In this document: piece by piece, positions 8,410 through 18,985 of the stretch
Position numbering within the stretch: position 1 is the stretch's first letter
Layout of the letters: every line of letters starts with the position of its first letter
From: an uncultured Chloroflexia bacterium
GTDB taxonomy: Bacteria; Chloroflexota; Limnocylindria; Limnocylindrales; CSP1-4
Length of the DNA: 64,000 nucleotides
Direction: 5' to 3'
NCBI GenBank assembly: GCA_963713975.1
Contig: OY970218.1
Location: 3,168,001-3,232,000, forward strand
Program-made: the position numbers and the translations under genes
Notes under the pieces: generated by a model
Database searches by the model: none
What the model saw: only the letters and a program-made list of their open reading frames with translations
What the model was told of the DNA's origin: nothing

Positions 8410-8483
8410 TGGCTGCCCCTCGAGGATTCGAACCTCGGCTAACGGATCCAAAGTCCGCTGTCCTACCACTAGACGAAGGGGCA
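8410..8483 (-). tRNA. tRNA-Gln(TTG)
   Basis: cloverleaf, loop CT-TTG-GA, CCA end. Confidence 0.95.
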
Positions 8484-8518
8484 GCGGGACCGGGTCTGGT
8501 GCTCGATATGGGGAGGAA

Positions 8519-8594
8519 TGGAGCGGAAGACGGGGTTCGAACCCGCGACCTCAACCTTGGCAAGGTTGCGCTCTACCAACTGAGCCACTTCCGC
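8519..8594 (-). tRNA. tRNA-Gly(GCC)
   Basis: cloverleaf, loop TT-GCC-AA, CCA end. Confidence 0.96.
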
Positions 8595-8613
8595 TCGATG
8601 ACCGACCAGGTGA

Positions 8614-8689
8614 TGGTGCCGAGAGCCAGATTCGAACTGGCGACACCGCGATTTTCAGTCGCGTGCTCTACCAACTGAGCTATCTCGGC
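8614..8689 (-). tRNA. tRNA-Phe(GAA)
   Basis: cloverleaf, loop CT-GAA-AA, CCA end; upstream TGcTATTCT -10. Confidence 0.96.
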
Positions 8690-8760
8690 CCGTTCCCGGG
8701 TCCCCGTGGGGCCCCGTCGGCGCGCCGGAGAATAGCACGGGACCCGAACGGGGGGCAACC

Positions 8761-9789
8761 TCAGCGACCCGGCGGAGGCGGCGGTCCGGGGGCGCGCGAC
8801 AGCGCTGCCTGGGCCCCCGGATCCAGCACCATGGCCGGGTCCGTAACCGGGGGCTGGCCGCTGAGCGCCCGCAGGCGGTTGATCCGGTCGAGCGCCGGCG
8901 GATGGGTCGAGAACAGCGCGCGGGACGACCCGGTGGCCGCCTTGATGGGGTTCTCGAAGTAGAGGTGCTGCGTGGCGCGGTTGGCCACCTCGAGAGGCTC
9001 CGTGTCCAGCGCGATCTTGGCCAGGGCCCGCTCCAGCCCGTACGGGTTCCGGGTGAGCTCCACGCCCGACGCGTCGGCGAGGTACTCGCGCTGCCGGCTG
9101 ACCGCCATCTGCACCAGGCGCGCCATGATCGGTGCCAGGATGGCCAGGGCGAGGGCGAGCAGCATGATCACCACCTGCACTCCCCCACCCCCGGAGTCCG
9201 ACGACCCGCGGCGGCTGCGGCGGCCCATGCCGCCGAACATCGAGAAGCGCAGGAAGAAGTCCGCCAGGAGCGCGATCGAGCCGACCAGCACGCCCACCAT
9301 CAGCGAGAAGCGGATGTCGAAGTTCCGCACATGCGAGAGCTCGTGGGCGAGGACACCCTGTAGCTCCTCGCGGTCCAGCTTCTGCAGCAGCCCGATCGTC
9401 ATCGCCACCGACGCGTGCTTGGGATCCCGGCCCGTGGCGAACGCGTTGGGCGCCGTATCGTCGATGAGGTAGACCTTGGGCATCGGCACGTTGGCCGCCA
9501 GGGCCATCTCCTGGACCACGTTGACCAGCTGCGGCTGGTCCGCGGCCGTGACCTCGCGCGCCCCGGAGGTCCTGAGCACGAGCGCATCGCCGCCGAAGTA
9601 CGAGAACAGGGCTGCCCCAAAACCGACAGCGATCGCGATCGCCATCGAGGGCAGGGCGGCCCGTGGGTCGCCCGTGACTGCCCAGCCGATCAGCAGGCCG
9701 AGCAGCCCGAGGAGGACCACGACCACCAGGGCCAACAGCACGGAGTTCCGCTTGTTGGCCCCGATCTGGGAGTAGAAGGTTGCCGCCAT
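8761..9789 (-). CDS. htpX: M48 zinc metalloprotease HtpX
   Basis: PNAFATG, HELSH (HExxH), REYLAD, FSTHP, TM helices. Confidence 0.93.
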   Translation of the reverse strand: MAATFYSQIGANKRNSVLLALVVVVLLGLLGLLIGWAVTGDPRAALPSMAIAIAVGFGAALFSYFGGDALVLRTSGAREVTAADQPQLVNVVQEMALAANVPMPKVYLIDDTAPNAFATGRDPKHASVAMTIGLLQKLDREELQGVLAHELSHVRNFDIRFSLMVGVLVGSIALLADFFLRFSMFGGMGRRSRRGSSDSGGGGVQVVIMLLALALAILAPIMARLVQMAVSRQREYLADASGVELTRNPYGLERALAKIALDTEPLEVANRATQHLYFENPIKAATGSSRALFSTHPPALDRINRLRALSGQPPVTDPAMVLDPGAQAALSRAPGPPPPPGR

Positions 9790-9822
9790 GTCGCGTCAGG
9801 CAGGGCCGATGTGCGACCCGCC

Positions 9823-10386
9823 TCAGTTCAGCGTGAGATCCACGTTCGGGACCTGGCTGGCCTCCGGCTCAGCATCGAAGAACTCGCGCTTCGTGAAGCC
9901 CAGCGGGCCCGCGATGATCACGCTCGGGATGGTCTGGATCGTGTTGTTGTAGTCCAGCACGGTGGCGTTGTAGTGCTGGCGGGAGAAGCTGATCTGGTTC
10001 TCGGTCGTCGTGAGCTCCTCCTGGAGCTGCATGACGTTCTGGTTGGCCTTGAGATCCGGGTAGTTCTCCACCACCGCGAACAGCGAGCGCAGCGCGCCGG
10101 TCAACATGTTCTCGGCGGCAGCCTGGCCGGCGGGACCCTGCGCCCCGGCCGCGACCGCGTTGGCACGCGCCTCGGTGACCCGGGTCAGGACGTCCTGCTC
10201 GAACCCCATGTAGCCCTTCACGGCCTGGACGAGGTTCGGGATCAGGTCGTGCCGGCGCTTCAGCTGGACCTCGATCTGGCCCAGCGCCTCGTCGATCCGG
10301 TTGCGCCGGGTGACGAGCCCGTTATAGATCCCTACGAGGATCACGACGATGACGACAATGATCCCGACGATGATCAGCAGTTCCAT
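9823..10386 (-). CDS. lemA: LemA family protein
   Basis: N-terminal TM, YNGLV, QLKRRHDLIPNLV, ENYPDLKANQN; GAGGAGG SD. Confidence 0.95.
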   Translation of the reverse strand: MELLIIVGIIVVIVVILVGIYNGLVTRRNRIDEALGQIEVQLKRRHDLIPNLVQAVKGYMGFEQDVLTRVTEARANAVAAGAQGPAGQAAAENMLTGALRSLFAVVENYPDLKANQNVMQLQEELTTTENQISFSRQHYNATVLDYNNTIQTIPSVIIAGPLGFTKREFFDAEPEASQVPNVDLTLN

Positions 10387-10510
10387 GCGGCCTCCTCGAG
10401 TGCACGGGCGCACGCCCCGAGCGACCAGCATAGCGCGGCGGTCAGGCAGGTCGCACCTGATCGGCGGCCGCAGCGACGCGGGGCGTGCGCGGGATTGGCG
10501 CGCCCGGAGG

Positions 10511-11826
10511 TGTCTGAGTTCACGACATAGGTGACACCTGATAGGGCACACATGAGTCGGGACATGCGTGACAGTCCGCCGCATGTCGAAGCACCGCGTG
10601 TCCGTCCTCAAGGTCGTCTCTGGGCAGCTGTCCGTCACCGCCGCCGCAGCGGAGTGCCACCTCTCCCGGGGCCATCTACAGCGGCTCCTCGCCAGGTACC
10701 GGGAGGCCGGCCTCGACGGCCTGGAGCCCCGGTCCCGTCGGCCGCGGACGAGCCCCCATGCGGTGCCCGACGGCGTCCGTGCCCGGATCACCGCGCTGCG
10801 GACGGAGCTTGCCGGGCGGGGTCTCGACGCCGGTCCTGCCACCATCGCCTGGCACCTGGAGCGCGAGGGCCTGACGGTGCCCTCGACCTCCACGATCCGC
10901 CGGGTCCTCCACGCCGCGGGCCTCGTCGTGCCCGAGCCGCACAAGCGGCCCCGGAGCTCCTGGATCCGCTTCGAGGCGGCCGCGCCCAACGGGGTCTGGC
11001 AGGCGGACTTCACCCACTGGCGGCTCGCCGACGGGAGCGGGGTCGAGATCGCGAGCTGGCTCGACGACCACTCCCGCTTCCTGCTCGGGTGCACGGTGTT
11101 CCGCCGGGTCAGCGGCGACGACGTGGTCGCGACCTTCACCGCCGCCGGCGACGAGCACGGCTGGCCCGCCGCCACGCTCACCGACAACGGGACCGTGTAC
11201 ACCGCCCGGCTGGTCGGAGGTCGCAACGGCCTCGAGCACCTGCTCGCGTACCTCGGCATCCGCCAGAAGAACGGGGCTCCTGGCCACCCCCAGACCCAGG
11301 GGAAGGTCGAGCGCTTCCACCAGACCCTCAAGCGCTGGCTGGCACGGCAGCCACGCGCGCGGACCCTCGCGGCGCTCCAGGCCCAGCTCGACGCCTTCCG
11401 CGACGTCTACAACGAGCAGCGGCCCCACCGGGCGATCGGCCGGCGGACACCCGGCGAGGCGTACCGGGCGATCCCGAAGGACCGGCCATCGGCCCCCGCC
11501 GGCCGCGGCCACTTCCGCCTGCGCTACGACACCACCGATGCCAAGGGTGCCATGACCCTGCGCCGGGCAGGGCGCCTTCACCACCTCAAGGTCGGCCAGG
11601 CCCACGCCCGCACCAAGGTGCTCGCGATCGTGGACGAGCAGGCGGTCACGGTCGTCGCCCTCCACACGGGCGAGATCCTGTCGGCCCATCGCATCGAGCC
11701 CGACAAGGGCTACTGGCGCAACACGCGGAGAGACCCCGGCCGATGGCCGGGGTCTCAGGCGACCGGGTGACTCCATGTGTCGCATATGTCGCGACTCATG
11801 TGTCGCACATGTCGCGACTCATGACA
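10511..11826 (+). mobile_element. IS481-family insertion sequence
   Basis: TGT...ACA termini, repeated subterminal motifs (catgagtcg(c/g)gacat), single DDE transposase. Confidence 0.88.
10568..11770 (+). CDS. IS481-family transposase
   Basis: N-terminal HTH, WQADFT, LDDHSR, LTDNG, PQTQGKVERFHQTLK, YNEQRPH; start may be ATG 10583. Confidence 0.93.
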   Translation: MTVRRMSKHRVSVLKVVSGQLSVTAAAAECHLSRGHLQRLLARYREAGLDGLEPRSRRPRTSPHAVPDGVRARITALRTELAGRGLDAGPATIAWHLEREGLTVPSTSTIRRVLHAAGLVVPEPHKRPRSSWIRFEAAAPNGVWQADFTHWRLADGSGVEIASWLDDHSRFLLGCTVFRRVSGDDVVATFTAAGDEHGWPAATLTDNGTVYTARLVGGRNGLEHLLAYLGIRQKNGAPGHPQTQGKVERFHQTLKRWLARQPRARTLAALQAQLDAFRDVYNEQRPHRAIGRRTPGEAYRAIPKDRPSAPAGRGHFRLRYDTTDAKGAMTLRRAGRLHHLKVGQAHARTKVLAIVDEQAVTVVALHTGEILSAHRIEPDKGYWRNTRRDPGRWPGSQATG

Positions 11827-11827
11827 T

Positions 11828-11904
<77 letters not shown>

Positions 11905-11977
11905 GGAGGCCGCCGCTTGACGGTGCCGAAAACACGAGCGGGCGGCCGTCGGGCCGCCCGCTTGAGGGTCAGGAGAG

Positions 11978-12062
11978 TGGTGCCCAGGCCGGGACTTGAA
12001 CCCGGATGAGTTGCCTCATACGCCCCTCAAACGTACGCGTATACCAATTCCGCCACCTGGGC
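11978..12062 (-). tRNA. tRNA-Leu(GAG)
   Basis: long variable arm, loop TT-GAG-GG, CCA end. Confidence 0.94.
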
Positions 12063-12104
12063 AAGAGCACCGGCGCCTGCGTCGGAGATCCCGGGACGGG
12101 GACC

Positions 12105-12190
12105 TGGTACCGAGGGAGGGAGTCGAACCCACACGACCTTGCGGCCACTGGTACCTGAAACCAGCGCGTCTACCATTCCGCCACCTCGGC
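12105..12190 (-). tRNA. tRNA-Leu(CAG)
   Basis: long variable arm, loop TT-CAG-GT, CCA end. Confidence 0.93.
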
Positions 12191-12217
12191 CCGACCCAAA
12201 ACGGCTCACCCGAAGGA

Positions 12218-13948
12218 TCACCGGTCTGCGGCGAGGCGCCATGCTAGCACATCCCAATACCGGTCGCCGGGGTCCGCGATGAGGCGCGGTGTGACCCCTT
12301 CGAGGCCCCTGGCGAGCATCACATCGTCGTTCCAGGCGAGCGGCAGCATGGGCCGACGCTCGGCCAGGGCGGCGAGCAGGGCCTTCCACGCGGCGGTGCG
12401 CTCCTCGTCCGTGCCGGGCTTCCTGGCCGCCTCCAGCAGCGGGTCGAGCTCCGTGTCCTGGTACCCGGCCAGATTCGTCCCGGACGCCTGCACCTGCGAC
12501 GACGCGAGCAGCGGATACAGGTCCGGCTCCAGGCCCTCGGCGATGTCCACCACGGCCGCCGTGAACTCCCCGGCGCGCAGCCGGGCGGCAAGGTCGCTCG
12601 CCTTGACCTCGACCAGGACCGCGTCGAACCCGAGGTCTTGCCAGGCATCACGCACGGCACCGGCAACGGCCGACAGCCGCGGGTTGGCGGACGCGGGAAC
12701 GCTCAGGATCTCCATCTGGTAGGGGTTGTTGGCGCCTGGGGCGACCCACCCGCCGCTCTTCTTCGTCCAGCCGGCGTTCTGGAGGGCCTTGGTCGCTGCC
12801 TTCTGGTCGTACTTGACGGACACCGCGGAGGCCTCGTCGTAGGCCCATGACCACGGAGGCACCATTGAGTCCGCGCGTGTGGCGTTGCCACCGAGGACGT
12901 CTGCGACCAGGGCGTCCCGATCGATGGACGCGAGGAGCGCCGTTCGCACCTTCGGGTCCCGCAGCTCCTTGTGGTTCGGTCGCAGGTTCAGCATGACCGA
13001 TGACAGCGTCGTGGTCTGGTATCGGTTGGTGTCAAATCCGTCGACGGTCGCGAGATCGGCGAGGACCGGGGAGGACAGGCCCGCCGCCGCATCGATCTCA
13101 CCGCCTCGCAGGGCGTCGGCCACCGCGGTCTCGTCGGCGTAGAACCGGAGCTCCATCTCGTCCAGGTAGGGCGCCGGCAGGCCGATGCCGACGGACGGAA
13201 GCGGCGTCGCCAGGGAATCCGACGGGGGCAGCCCATCGGCTGACGCCGGCGCCTCCTCCACCTGCGGGACCACGCCCGAGGCCGGCACCAGGATCGCGCG
13301 CTCATCGTTGATGTCCGCGAGGGCGAAGGGGCCACTGCCCACCGGCAGCCGCGCGAACTCGCTGGTCGCGATGTCCGCAAACGGCATGTCCCCGAGCAGG
13401 TGAGCGGGCAGCAGCGGCTGGGCGGCGAGCGCCAGGACGCCACCAATCGGGCTGCCCAGCCTCAGCTGGACCGTGGAGTCGTCGAGGGCGAGCGCGGTGA
13501 CGTCGGCCCACGCTCCCGCGGTGGATCCCCCGGTGTCCGGGCTCTTGCGGGCATTCACCGTGAACACCACGTCCCCGGCGGTGACGGGCTCGCCGTCATG
13601 CCAGACGGCGCCCTCCCGGAGCTTGAAAGTCCAGGTGCTCCCCTCCGCGTCGCTGGACCACGAGGTGGCCAGGTCCGGCTGGTAGGAGGCCCCCGGCCCG
13701 AGGCGGACCAGGCCCGAGAACACGAGGCCCACGAGCGAGCGCTCGGCACGGCTGCGCGCCGTCACCGGCGTGATGGATTCGGCCGTGCCAACGACTCCCT
13801 CGCGGTAGACCGCCGGGGGCGGCGGCGTGATCTCGGGTGTCGCGTTGGGCTCCGGATCATCGACCGCACGCGGCAGCGCGAGGGCGCCGGCGATGACGAC
13901 GAGGACAAGGGCCAGGACGGCGACGACGGCGCGGTCGCGACGGTTCAT
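12218..13948 (-). CDS. peptide/nickel ABC transporter substrate-binding protein (family 5)
   Basis: N-terminal TM anchor, PDLATSW, WHDGEPVTAGDVVFT, VGSGPF. Confidence 0.9.
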   Translation of the reverse strand: MNRRDRAVVAVLALVLVVIAGALALPRAVDDPEPNATPEITPPPPAVYREGVVGTAESITPVTARSRAERSLVGLVFSGLVRLGPGASYQPDLATSWSSDAEGSTWTFKLREGAVWHDGEPVTAGDVVFTVNARKSPDTGGSTAGAWADVTALALDDSTVQLRLGSPIGGVLALAAQPLLPAHLLGDMPFADIATSEFARLPVGSGPFALADINDERAILVPASGVVPQVEEAPASADGLPPSDSLATPLPSVGIGLPAPYLDEMELRFYADETAVADALRGGEIDAAAGLSSPVLADLATVDGFDTNRYQTTTLSSVMLNLRPNHKELRDPKVRTALLASIDRDALVADVLGGNATRADSMVPPWSWAYDEASAVSVKYDQKAATKALQNAGWTKKSGGWVAPGANNPYQMEILSVPASANPRLSAVAGAVRDAWQDLGFDAVLVEVKASDLAARLRAGEFTAAVVDIAEGLEPDLYPLLASSQVQASGTNLAGYQDTELDPLLEAARKPGTDEERTAAWKALLAALAERRPMLPLAWNDDVMLARGLEGVTPRLIADPGDRYWDVLAWRLAADR

Positions 13949-13991
13949 GTCTGCGGGACCAGGACTGGCGGCTTGGCGGGTGGGACTGCGT

Positions 13992-14213
13992 TCAGCCGCC
14001 GAGGACGAAGGCCACCAGCGCGAACAGCACGAACAGGACCAGCAGGACCACAGTGAACTGCCAGAGCCGGCGCTCGACACCACGGCGGCTGCGGTACACG
14101 GCGGAGTCGCCGCCGAAGGTGCCGGACAGGCCGGTCCCGCGCGCCTGGAGCAGGATGGCGGCGATCAGCGCGACGCTGAGCAGAAGCTGGCCGATGGCCA
14201 GGATCGGGTTCAC
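13992..14213 (-). CDS. secG: preprotein translocase subunit SecG
   Basis: ILLQARGTGLSGTFGG...RRGVER, two TMs; GGAGGT SD. Confidence 0.93.
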   Translation of the reverse strand: MNPILAIGQLLLSVALIAAILLQARGTGLSGTFGGDSAVYRSRRGVERRLWQFTVVLLVLFVLFALVAFVLGG

Positions 14214-14290
14214 GGGTGAGATGACCTCCGTTGTCTGACGGAGCGGGATGGTAGCAGACTCAGGCGCGGTGCCCCTACGTCTGCCCCTGC

Positions 14291-15868
14291 TCAGTCGTGG
14301 TCGAGCAGCGAGCGGCCGGTCATCCCCTCCCAGCGCGGAAGACCGGCGAGCGCCAGGATCGTCGGCGCCACGTCGGCGAGCACGCCATCGCCAAGCGCCA
14401 AGCCCTCGAGAGCCCGGCCCATGCCCAGGAGGGGCACGGGGTTGAGGGAGTGCTTGGTGACGGGGTTGCCCGCGTCGTCGAGCATGTCGTCCGCGTTGCC
14501 ATGGTCCGCGGTCACGAACAGGACGGCCCCGGGGCCATCGGGGTCCGCGTCGTCGACGGCGGCGATCGCGTCGAAGATCCGGCCCAGACAGATATCGATG
14601 ACGGCAAGGGCGGCCACGGTGGCGTCCCAGATGCCGGTGTGGCCCACCATGTCCGGATTCGCGAAGTTGGCGACGATGAAGTCGTAGCGCCCGGACCCGA
14701 TAGCCGCCACGAGCTCGTCGGCGACCCCCGCGGCGCTCATCTCGGGCTGGAGGTCATAGGTGGCCACCTTGGGCGACGGCACGAGCCGCCGCTCCTCGCC
14801 GGGCCACGCCGTCTCGACGCCGCCGTTGAAGAAGTACGTGACGTGCGCGTACTTCTCGGTCTCGGCGACGTGGAACTGTGACCAGCCCGCTTCGCTGAAG
14901 GCCTGTGCGAGCGATCGAGCCTCCTCGGGTCCGAAGGCAACCTCGACCGGGAGACCGGACTCGTACTCGGTCATGGTGATGACGCGGAGGCCGGCCGGGG
15001 CCGCGCGACCGCCGGGGCTCGTGCGATCGAAGTCGGCGAAGCCCGGCTCCGCCAGGGCGTGGGTCAGCTGGCGGGCCCGATCCGCCCGGAAGTTGACGTG
15101 GACGATTGGGTCGCCGTCCCGCAGGGCGCCGTCCGTGCCATCGATGACGGTGGGGGCGACGAACTCGTCCGTCTCGCCGCGGGCGTAGGCCTCCTCGATG
15201 GCGGCGGTGGCAGACGCGGCGTGGAGACCCTCGGCGTGGACGATGGCGTCATAGCCGCGCTCGGTCCGCTCCCAGCGCTTGTCCCGATCCATGGCGTAGT
15301 AGCGGCCACCGACGGATGCGATCCGGGCGTCGGGATGGACGGTCGCGAGGCGGGCCTCCAGGTCCTGCATGAACCCGAGGGCGGAGCTGGGCGGCGTGTC
15401 GCGGCCGTCGAGCAGCGCATGGATCCGGACCGACGGCACGTCGAGGCGCGCGGCCAGGTCCATCAGGGCGAGGAGGTGCCGGTCGTTGGCGTGCACGCCA
15501 CCTGGGCCGATCAGGCCGACGGCATGGAGGCGTCCCGTCTGACGGGCTAGCTCGCAGGCTGCGACGAGCGCCGGCCGTGAGAAGAACGATCCGTCGGCGA
15601 TGGCCGCGTCGATCCGCGGCAGGTCCTGGAGCACGGGGCGGCCGGCACCCAGGTTCAGGTGACCGACCTCCGAGTTGCCCATCTGCCCGGCCGGCAGGCC
15701 GACGGCATCCTCGGATGCCCGCAGGACCGAGTTGGGCCATGCGGCAACCGCGGCACGCCAGCGCGGCATGGTGGCGGCGGCGATGGCGTCACGGGACGGG
15801 TCCGGGCCGATCCCGAACCCGTCAAGGACGACGAGGACGATGGGGCGCGGTCGGGTGCCCTCGATCAC
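14291..15868 (-). CDS. gpmI: 2,3-bisphosphoglycerate-independent phosphoglycerate mutase
   Basis: GQMGNSEVGH, LDGRD, NFRADR, ETEKYAHVT, NPDMVGHTG, TADHGN. Confidence 0.97.
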   Translation of the reverse strand: MIEGTRPRPIVLVVLDGFGIGPDPSRDAIAAATMPRWRAAVAAWPNSVLRASEDAVGLPAGQMGNSEVGHLNLGAGRPVLQDLPRIDAAIADGSFFSRPALVAACELARQTGRLHAVGLIGPGGVHANDRHLLALMDLAARLDVPSVRIHALLDGRDTPPSSALGFMQDLEARLATVHPDARIASVGGRYYAMDRDKRWERTERGYDAIVHAEGLHAASATAAIEEAYARGETDEFVAPTVIDGTDGALRDGDPIVHVNFRADRARQLTHALAEPGFADFDRTSPGGRAAPAGLRVITMTEYESGLPVEVAFGPEEARSLAQAFSEAGWSQFHVAETEKYAHVTYFFNGGVETAWPGEERRLVPSPKVATYDLQPEMSAAGVADELVAAIGSGRYDFIVANFANPDMVGHTGIWDATVAALAVIDICLGRIFDAIAAVDDADPDGPGAVLFVTADHGNADDMLDDAGNPVTKHSLNPVPLLGMGRALEGLALGDGVLADVAPTILALAGLPRWEGMTGRSLLDHD

Positions 15869-16653
15869 GAAGCCAGCCCGCGGGCCACGGCCGTGAGGCT
15901 GGCCCGGGCCACCATCCCGGCCATCTCGTCGGGCTTGAGCGAGGCTCCACCCACGAGCGCGCCATCGACGCCGGGCTCCGCCAGAAACTCGCCGATGTTG
16001 GCGGAGGTCACGCTGCCGCCGTAGAGCACGGGCGTCTCGTCCGCCCCATCGCCCCAGCCGAGGCTGCGGAGGCTGGACCGGATCGCGTCGGCCATGGCGG
16101 CCGCATCCGCACCGCGCGCGTTCTTGCCGGTGCCGATGGCCCAGACGGGCTCGTAGGCGATGACGATGCCGGCGGCGACGAGCCCGGCCGGGTCGCGGCC
16201 GTCGAGGGCGCCCTTGAGCTGCGCATCAACGACGGCGGCCTCGCGGCCTGCCTCGCGGTCCGCGAGCACCTCGCCGACGCACACGATGGGGCGGAGTCCG
16301 CCCGCGACGGCGCGGTCGAGCTTGCTTCCGACGAGCTCGTCCGTCTCGCCGAAGTAGGCACGGCGCTCGGAGTGACCCAGGATCACCCATGTCGCGAGGC
16401 CGGCCAGCATCGGCACGGACACCTCGCCGGTGTAGGCCCCACCCAGCTCGTGGTGGACATTCTGTGCACCGACGTCCACGTCCTCGCCGGCCAGCGCGTC
16501 ACGGACGGCGGCGAGGCTCACGTACGGCGGACAGATGACCCGGGTCACCCCGGGTTCCCGCGTGCGGGATGCGATGGTCCGCGCGAGCTCACCGGCATCG
16601 GCGGGGGTGGTGTTCATCTTCCAGTTGGCAGCAATCACGATCGGTCGAGTCAT
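15865..16653 (-). CDS. tpiA: triosephosphate isomerase
   Basis: ANWKMN, GHSERR, AYEPVWAIGTG, LYGGSV, LVGGASL. Confidence 0.97.
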   Translation of the reverse strand: MTRPIVIAANWKMNTTPADAGELARTIASRTREPGVTRVICPPYVSLAAVRDALAGEDVDVGAQNVHHELGGAYTGEVSVPMLAGLATWVILGHSERRAYFGETDELVGSKLDRAVAGGLRPIVCVGEVLADREAGREAAVVDAQLKGALDGRDPAGLVAAGIVIAYEPVWAIGTGKNARGADAAAMADAIRSSLRSLGWGDGADETPVLYGGSVTSANIGEFLAEPGVDGALVGGASLKPDEMAGMVARASLTAVARGLAS

Positions 16654-16660
16654 GCCCAGA

Positions 16661-17587
16661 TCATGCCAGAGGCGGGCGTGCGGTTCCCCGTCCGACCGGC
16701 CCCCTCCGAGCCGCTGTCCGGCCCGGGACGCGACGGCCGTGCGACACCCCGCCCGCGGCGCCGGATGGCCGGGTGCGCGACCGCAGGCCCGCGCCGTCGT
16801 CGTCGTGGAGCGCGAGCAGCTCCAGCCTGTCCAGGGCCCGCTGGACGGTCGAGCGATGCAGCTCGAGGCGCTCGGCGATCTCGGACAGCGATGCCTCCGG
16901 CGTCTCTCGACGGGCCTCCGCAACCGCCCGGACGGTGCGCGGCTGCTCACCGAGGCGGCCGTCGGCCTCGAGGGCCTCGATGGCCTCGAGGTGGCGACCG
17001 GCGGCAGCAACCGAGCGGTGCAGGTTGGCGCTCTCGGCGTTGAGCACCCGGTTGAGGTCACCTCGCAGCGTGCGGGCCACGCCCCGTGCCTCGAGCTCCA
17101 GCAGGGCAGCGCTGCCCCCGATCATGCCCAGGAACGCCTCGATGGACTCCGTGCTCTTCCAAGTGACGACACCCATGCCCCGCCGCAACCGCCACGCGGC
17201 GGGCAGGCCGATGTCGTCGAGCCGAAGGGCTAGACGCGGAGCCTCCGCGGCCGGCACGACGAACTCCAGGTGGGCACGACCGGACGAGATGCTGAGCGAG
17301 CCACGGGCCAGGAAGCGGCCCCGCAACCACGCCACGCGGCAGTGATCGGGGGCGGCCTGCCAGTCAAGGTCCGTGGGTGGCAGGAGGAACCGCCGGCGCG
17401 CTGCTCCCCCACCCTCGCGGGCGTGGCCGCCGAGGCGGATGACCAGGCGCGCCACGGCGGGCTCGCGCGCATGCACCTGGGGACCGAGCCCGGCGATCTC
17501 CGCGCGCCGATCACACGGTCGCGACGGATCGATCGCCGCGAGCTCCGCCCGCAGGGCCGCAACGAGGTCCCGGTCGCTGGCCGACAT
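16661..17587 (-). CDS. whiA: DNA-binding protein WhiA
   Basis: LRGRFLARGS, HLEF, NRVLNAESANL, C-terminal HTH; follows rapZ-yvcK. Confidence 0.88.
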   Translation of the reverse strand: MSASDRDLVAALRAELAAIDPSRPCDRRAEIAGLGPQVHAREPAVARLVIRLGGHAREGGGAARRRFLLPPTDLDWQAAPDHCRVAWLRGRFLARGSLSISSGRAHLEFVVPAAEAPRLALRLDDIGLPAAWRLRRGMGVVTWKSTESIEAFLGMIGGSAALLELEARGVARTLRGDLNRVLNAESANLHRSVAAAGRHLEAIEALEADGRLGEQPRTVRAVAEARRETPEASLSEIAERLELHRSTVQRALDRLELLALHDDDGAGLRSRTRPSGAAGGVSHGRRVPGRTAARRGPVGRGTARPPLA

Positions 17588-17596
17588 CCGTCCCCG

Positions 17597-18985
17597 TCAG
17601 GAAGCGCGCGCCGCGTCAGGCGTGGTCGCCCGGCGGCGGTGGCCGCCATCGTGCGTCCACACCCCGATCACCGCTGCGGCAAGGCGTTCCGGATCGTGGT
17701 GATGGGCATTGGCCGGGTCCACCAGGTCGTCCAGCACGAGACGCAGTCCGTGGGGTGCGTCACCGGTCGGTGGCCAGCGCAGGCGCACGGGCTCCCCGCG
17801 CCAGCCGTCGGGAGCGTGCGCGTCGAACCGGTTGTTGGCCAGGACGACGTCGGGCAGGCCCGCCGCGTGGTGGCGCTCCAGGGTATCGACGTGGTCGGCA
17901 AGGTCGTAGCCTCCCGTCTCGCCCGGTTGCGTGGCGACGTTGGCGACGAACACGACCAGGGCCCCGGACGCCGCGATCGCCTCGCGGATCCCCGGCACCA
18001 CCAGCGAGGGAAGGATGCTCGTGTACAGGCTGCCCGGGCCGATCACGATGATCTCGGCGTCCCCGATCGCCTGGAGGGCGTCGTCCGCTGCCCGGACGTC
18101 TTCCGGGCTCACCCAGACCCGCTCCACGGTGTTGGTGCGCGCGATCAGGCTCTGGCCGGCCACCTCGCTGCCATCCCGCAGCCGGGCGTGCAGCGTGAGC
18201 ACGGTCCCGGTGGCCGGGACGACGCGGCCCCGGACGGCGAGCACGCGGTTCATCTCCCGCACGCCCTCCTCGAAGTCGCCGTCCTCCAGGGCCACCAGGG
18301 CTGCGAGGAGCAGGTTCCCGACCGCGTGCCCGCCCAGGCCCACGCTGAGCGCCTCCGCGCTCCGGGCGGGTGGCAGCACGCCGTCCCGCTCCGGGTCGGG
18401 CGCAGTGACTCCAGGAAAGCGGTACTGGAGCAGGCGGCCCATCATCGGCTCCGCGTCCGCGAGGGCGACGACGCAGTTGCGGATGTCGCCCACGGCCGGG
18501 ATCCCGAGCTCCGTCCGAAGGACGCCGGACGACCCGCCGTCATCGGCGACTGTCACCACCGCCGTCAGGTTGGACGTGTGCTCCTTCAGGCCACGCAGCA
18601 GCGCGGACAGGCCCGTGCCGCCGCCGATGGCGACGATCCGGGGCCCACGGGCGAGGAAGCGCTTCTGGTAGATCACGTCCACCATCGGCTGGTCGCGTCC
18701 CCAGAGCGCGAACGGGTCCACGAGCGTGCGTACCAACCGGTACGCCCCGACGAGGAACAGCGTCAACCCGAGGGCCCCCGCGACCAGGCCGCGCAGCTGG
18801 TAGGGCAGGAACTGCAGCGTGCCCAGGTCGATGACGCTCATGACCGGTCCGCCCGGGTCGGCGTCGGCCATGACCTGACGCAGAACGTGGGCGAGGCCGA
18901 TGGCGAGCACCAGAAGCCCCAGGAAGGCGAGAAGAAGCCACCGCTTGACGCCGATCCCGACGGTCAACCAGCGGCGGAGGTTCAC
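17597..18985 (-). CDS. yvcK: gluconeogenesis factor YvcK/GlmR family with N-terminal TM region
   Basis: IGGGTGLS, VADDGGSSG, GHAVGNL, GPGSLYTS, TQPGET. Confidence 0.92.
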   Translation of the reverse strand: MNLRRWLTVGIGVKRWLLLAFLGLLVLAIGLAHVLRQVMADADPGGPVMSVIDLGTLQFLPYQLRGLVAGALGLTLFLVGAYRLVRTLVDPFALWGRDQPMVDVIYQKRFLARGPRIVAIGGGTGLSALLRGLKEHTSNLTAVVTVADDGGSSGVLRTELGIPAVGDIRNCVVALADAEPMMGRLLQYRFPGVTAPDPERDGVLPPARSAEALSVGLGGHAVGNLLLAALVALEDGDFEEGVREMNRVLAVRGRVVPATGTVLTLHARLRDGSEVAGQSLIARTNTVERVWVSPEDVRAADDALQAIGDAEIIVIGPGSLYTSILPSLVVPGIREAIAASGALVVFVANVATQPGETGGYDLADHVDTLERHHAAGLPDVVLANNRFDAHAPDGWRGEPVRLRWPPTGDAPHGLRLVLDDLVDPANAHHHDPERLAAAVIGVWTHDGGHRRRATTPDAARAS